Source of the DNA: Patescibacteria group bacterium
Lineage (GTDB): Bacteria; Patescibacteriota; UBA1384; XYA2-FULL-43-10; 1-14-0-10-43-13
Direction: 5' to 3'
NCBI GenBank assembly: GCA_041649155.1
Contig: JBAZNP010000001.1
Location: 430,564-494,563, forward strand
DNA: 64,000 nt
The notes beneath the pieces are model-generated. The model saw nothing but the letters and a program-made list of their open reading frames with translations. It was not told where the DNA came from and did no database searches. The translations under genes and the position numbers were made by a program. Below, piece by piece: positions 62,446 to 64,000 of the stretch; the first letter of the stretch is position 1, and each line of letters starts with the position of its first letter.

Positions 62446-63018
62446 ATGAATAAAAATGTGTTCATCTTTCATGGGACAGAAGGTTATCCTGAAGAAAACT
62501 GGTTTCCATGGTTGAAACAAGAACTAGAGGAAAGAGGTTATCAAGTATTTGTGCCTCAATTTCCTTCGCCTCCAATTGTGCCTGCAAAAATAGCAGAATG
62601 GTTTGATGTGCTAAAAGACTATGAAAAGTATATTAACAAAGATACGATTCTTATCGGGCATAGCTTGGGTGGTATTTTTACGCTTCGCATACTTGAAAAA
62701 TTGAAACATCCAGTCAAGGCGGCATTTTTTGTTGGGACACCAATAGGAGTTAAACCTATTCTTAACTACGATCGAGACAGCAGTTTCAGCGGTTTTTCTT
62801 TTAATTGGAAAGTTATAAAAAGTAAAGTTTCTCATTTTGTAGTTTTACAATCTGACGATGACCCCTACGTTTCTCTCGGAAATGGAGAGGAGCTTGCGAA
62901 GCATTTGGATATTAATCTGGATTTTGTGCCAAATGCTGGACATTTCAATAAAAGGGCGGGATATCTAAAATTCGAGGAACTAAGAGACAAGGTTCTCTCT
63001 ATTCTTGAAAAAGAATAA
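62446..63018 (+). CDS. Alpha/beta-hydrolase-fold serine hydrolase (YdeN/RBBP9-like)
   Basis: VFIFHGTEGYPEENWFPWL, nucleophile elbow GHSLGG and C-terminal DDDPYV. Confidence 0.6.
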   Translation: MNKNVFIFHGTEGYPEENWFPWLKQELEERGYQVFVPQFPSPPIVPAKIAEWFDVLKDYEKYINKDTILIGHSLGGIFTLRILEKLKHPVKAAFFVGTPIGVKPILNYDRDSSFSGFSFNWKVIKSKVSHFVVLQSDDDPYVSLGNGEELAKHLDINLDFVPNAGHFNKRAGYLKFEELRDKVLSILEKE

Positions 63019-63115
63019 GCTAGATCTATTTTAATTTATACTTATTTTGACAAGTGGGATTTTTTCGTATAGAACATAAGCAGAGTTTACGATCGAGAAA
63101 TGAAAAGAAGGGGGG

Positions 63116-63433
63116 TTGTTATGCATGAGGAAAGGCAAACTTTTTGTTGCGAATTCGCGACTAGTTCTGATTGTTGTAATATCGCCGTTAAGCATTCCTT
63201 ATGTTATTAACGGAATGCTTAAGAAGGAGAAATTGACTGTGCGGGAAAAAATTGTCTTTTTTTCTCTTCTAACCATCTACATTGGCTCCTGCTATGTAAC
63301 TAATTTGGCAGGATGTTCCGCGGCAAAGGTGTTTGAAGCGGCATTTACATGTTTCCTTGTTGGTGGGCTTGCGCAGGAATTCTACGAGGCGATTGGGAGC
63401 CACAGGGATTGCCAAGAGAGGGATGAAAATTGA
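63116..63433 (+). CDS. Small hypothetical membrane protein
   Basis: Two hydrophobic helices. 4-nt overlap with the next ORF. Confidence 0.3.
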   Translation: MLCMRKGKLFVANSRLVLIVVISPLSIPYVINGMLKKEKLTVREKIVFFSLLTIYIGSCYVTNLAGCSAAKVFEAAFTCFLVGGLAQEFYEAIGSHRDCQERDEN

Positions 63434-63969
63434 GACGAATTTGTCCGAGTATTTGCATCGACGATATCTTCTTAATTAACTATCTGTCGCTTTGGAAACA
63501 GGACTATAGACTGCTCGTCTTCGATATTGATCATACTTTGCTGCCATGTGGCTTAAGACGATTATCAGTGAGGGCGAGAAGGAAACTTCGAGAGCTTCAT
63601 GAAATGGGGTTTCAGATTGCTTTTTTGACCAATACGGTTGTTCCATGGCGGCAAAAAAGAGCAAGAGAGATTGCTGCCTCGGCCAAAATTAGGAGTATAG
63701 TCCTTGTCTGTTGTAATGGCTTTCATTGTAAGCCGCGCCGATGGGGATTTGATGAAGTATGTGGGGTCTCTGGGATATCGCCTAATAAGGCGGTAATGAT
63801 AGGAGATATGCTGTGGCGCGATATCGAAGGAGCCCAGAAAGCAGGTTACGGTTGTACTATCCTTGTTAGGCCACATGGACCGGACAATATCTTTATTCGA
63901 CGTTGCCGGCGCAAAGAGCTGGAGATAAAGAATTGGCTCAAAGAGATCGGGTTGTTACGTTCATGGTAG
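63430..63969 (+). CDS. HAD-superfamily phosphatase (YqeG-like)
   Basis: Motif I VFDIDHTL, motif II FLTNT and motif IV GDMLWRDIEGAQKAG. GC higher than the window average. Confidence 0.55.
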   Translation: MRRICPSICIDDIFLINYLSLWKQDYRLLVFDIDHTLLPCGLRRLSVRARRKLRELHEMGFQIAFLTNTVVPWRQKRAREIAASAKIRSIVLVCCNGFHCKPRRWGFDEVCGVSGISPNKAVMIGDMLWRDIEGAQKAGYGCTILVRPHGPDNIFIRRCRRKELEIKNWLKEIGLLRSW

Positions 63970-64000
63970 TGGTATCAAGTTTTGGTGCCACTATATTTTT

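Overview
This is a low-GC (~35-40% by eye), gene-dense bacterial chromosomal segment whose gene content resembles a small-genome Patescibacteria/CPR-type organism (inference; no marker gene was checked). The coding content is mostly housekeeping. It includes DnaX, DnaB, UvrD/PcrA, KsgA, an Nramp transporter, RsmI, RadC, MetG, TatD, FtsEX-like and ABC-2 transporters, and a 2745-aa surface protein next to a GT4 glycosyltransferase. It also includes NifS/NifU, FolD, MnmA, RecG, ComEA, MiaA, GlmS, a complete minus-strand F1Fo ATP synthase operon, ComM, SecG, a peptide-binding SBP and a partial PilB/GspE ATPase at the left edge. Six tRNAs are present: Leu-TAG, Phe-GAA, Cys-GCA, Gly-GCC and Leu-CAG. 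I found no rRNA, CRISPR array, transposase or integrase.

Four things stand out.
- Several families of short dispersed repeats saturate the intergenic regions: TGTCAT...ATGACA GC-rich palindromes, CCCTCTCCTT...AAGGAGAGGG hairpins, ATATTGTTAT/CAATATAGCAAT TIR-bounded MITE-like elements, and CAGTTGT / AATCAAG / AATTCAA / TTCTAAT heptamer arrays. The same units are inserted in frame inside at least a dozen conserved housekeeping genes.
- A four-helix-bundle gene flanked by inverted MITE ends is inserted in the atp operon.
- A tRNA-Leu-adjacent, higher-GC mini-island carries a canonical promoter, a structured leader resembling a c-di-GMP-I riboswitch and a double zinc-ribbon protein.
- A higher-GC two-gene cassette lies after a tRNA-Phe/Cys/Gly cluster and encodes a small protein plus a divergent Smr-less MutS2-like ATPase.

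All GC statements are by-eye estimates. All homology calls rest on motifs recognised in the supplied translations.
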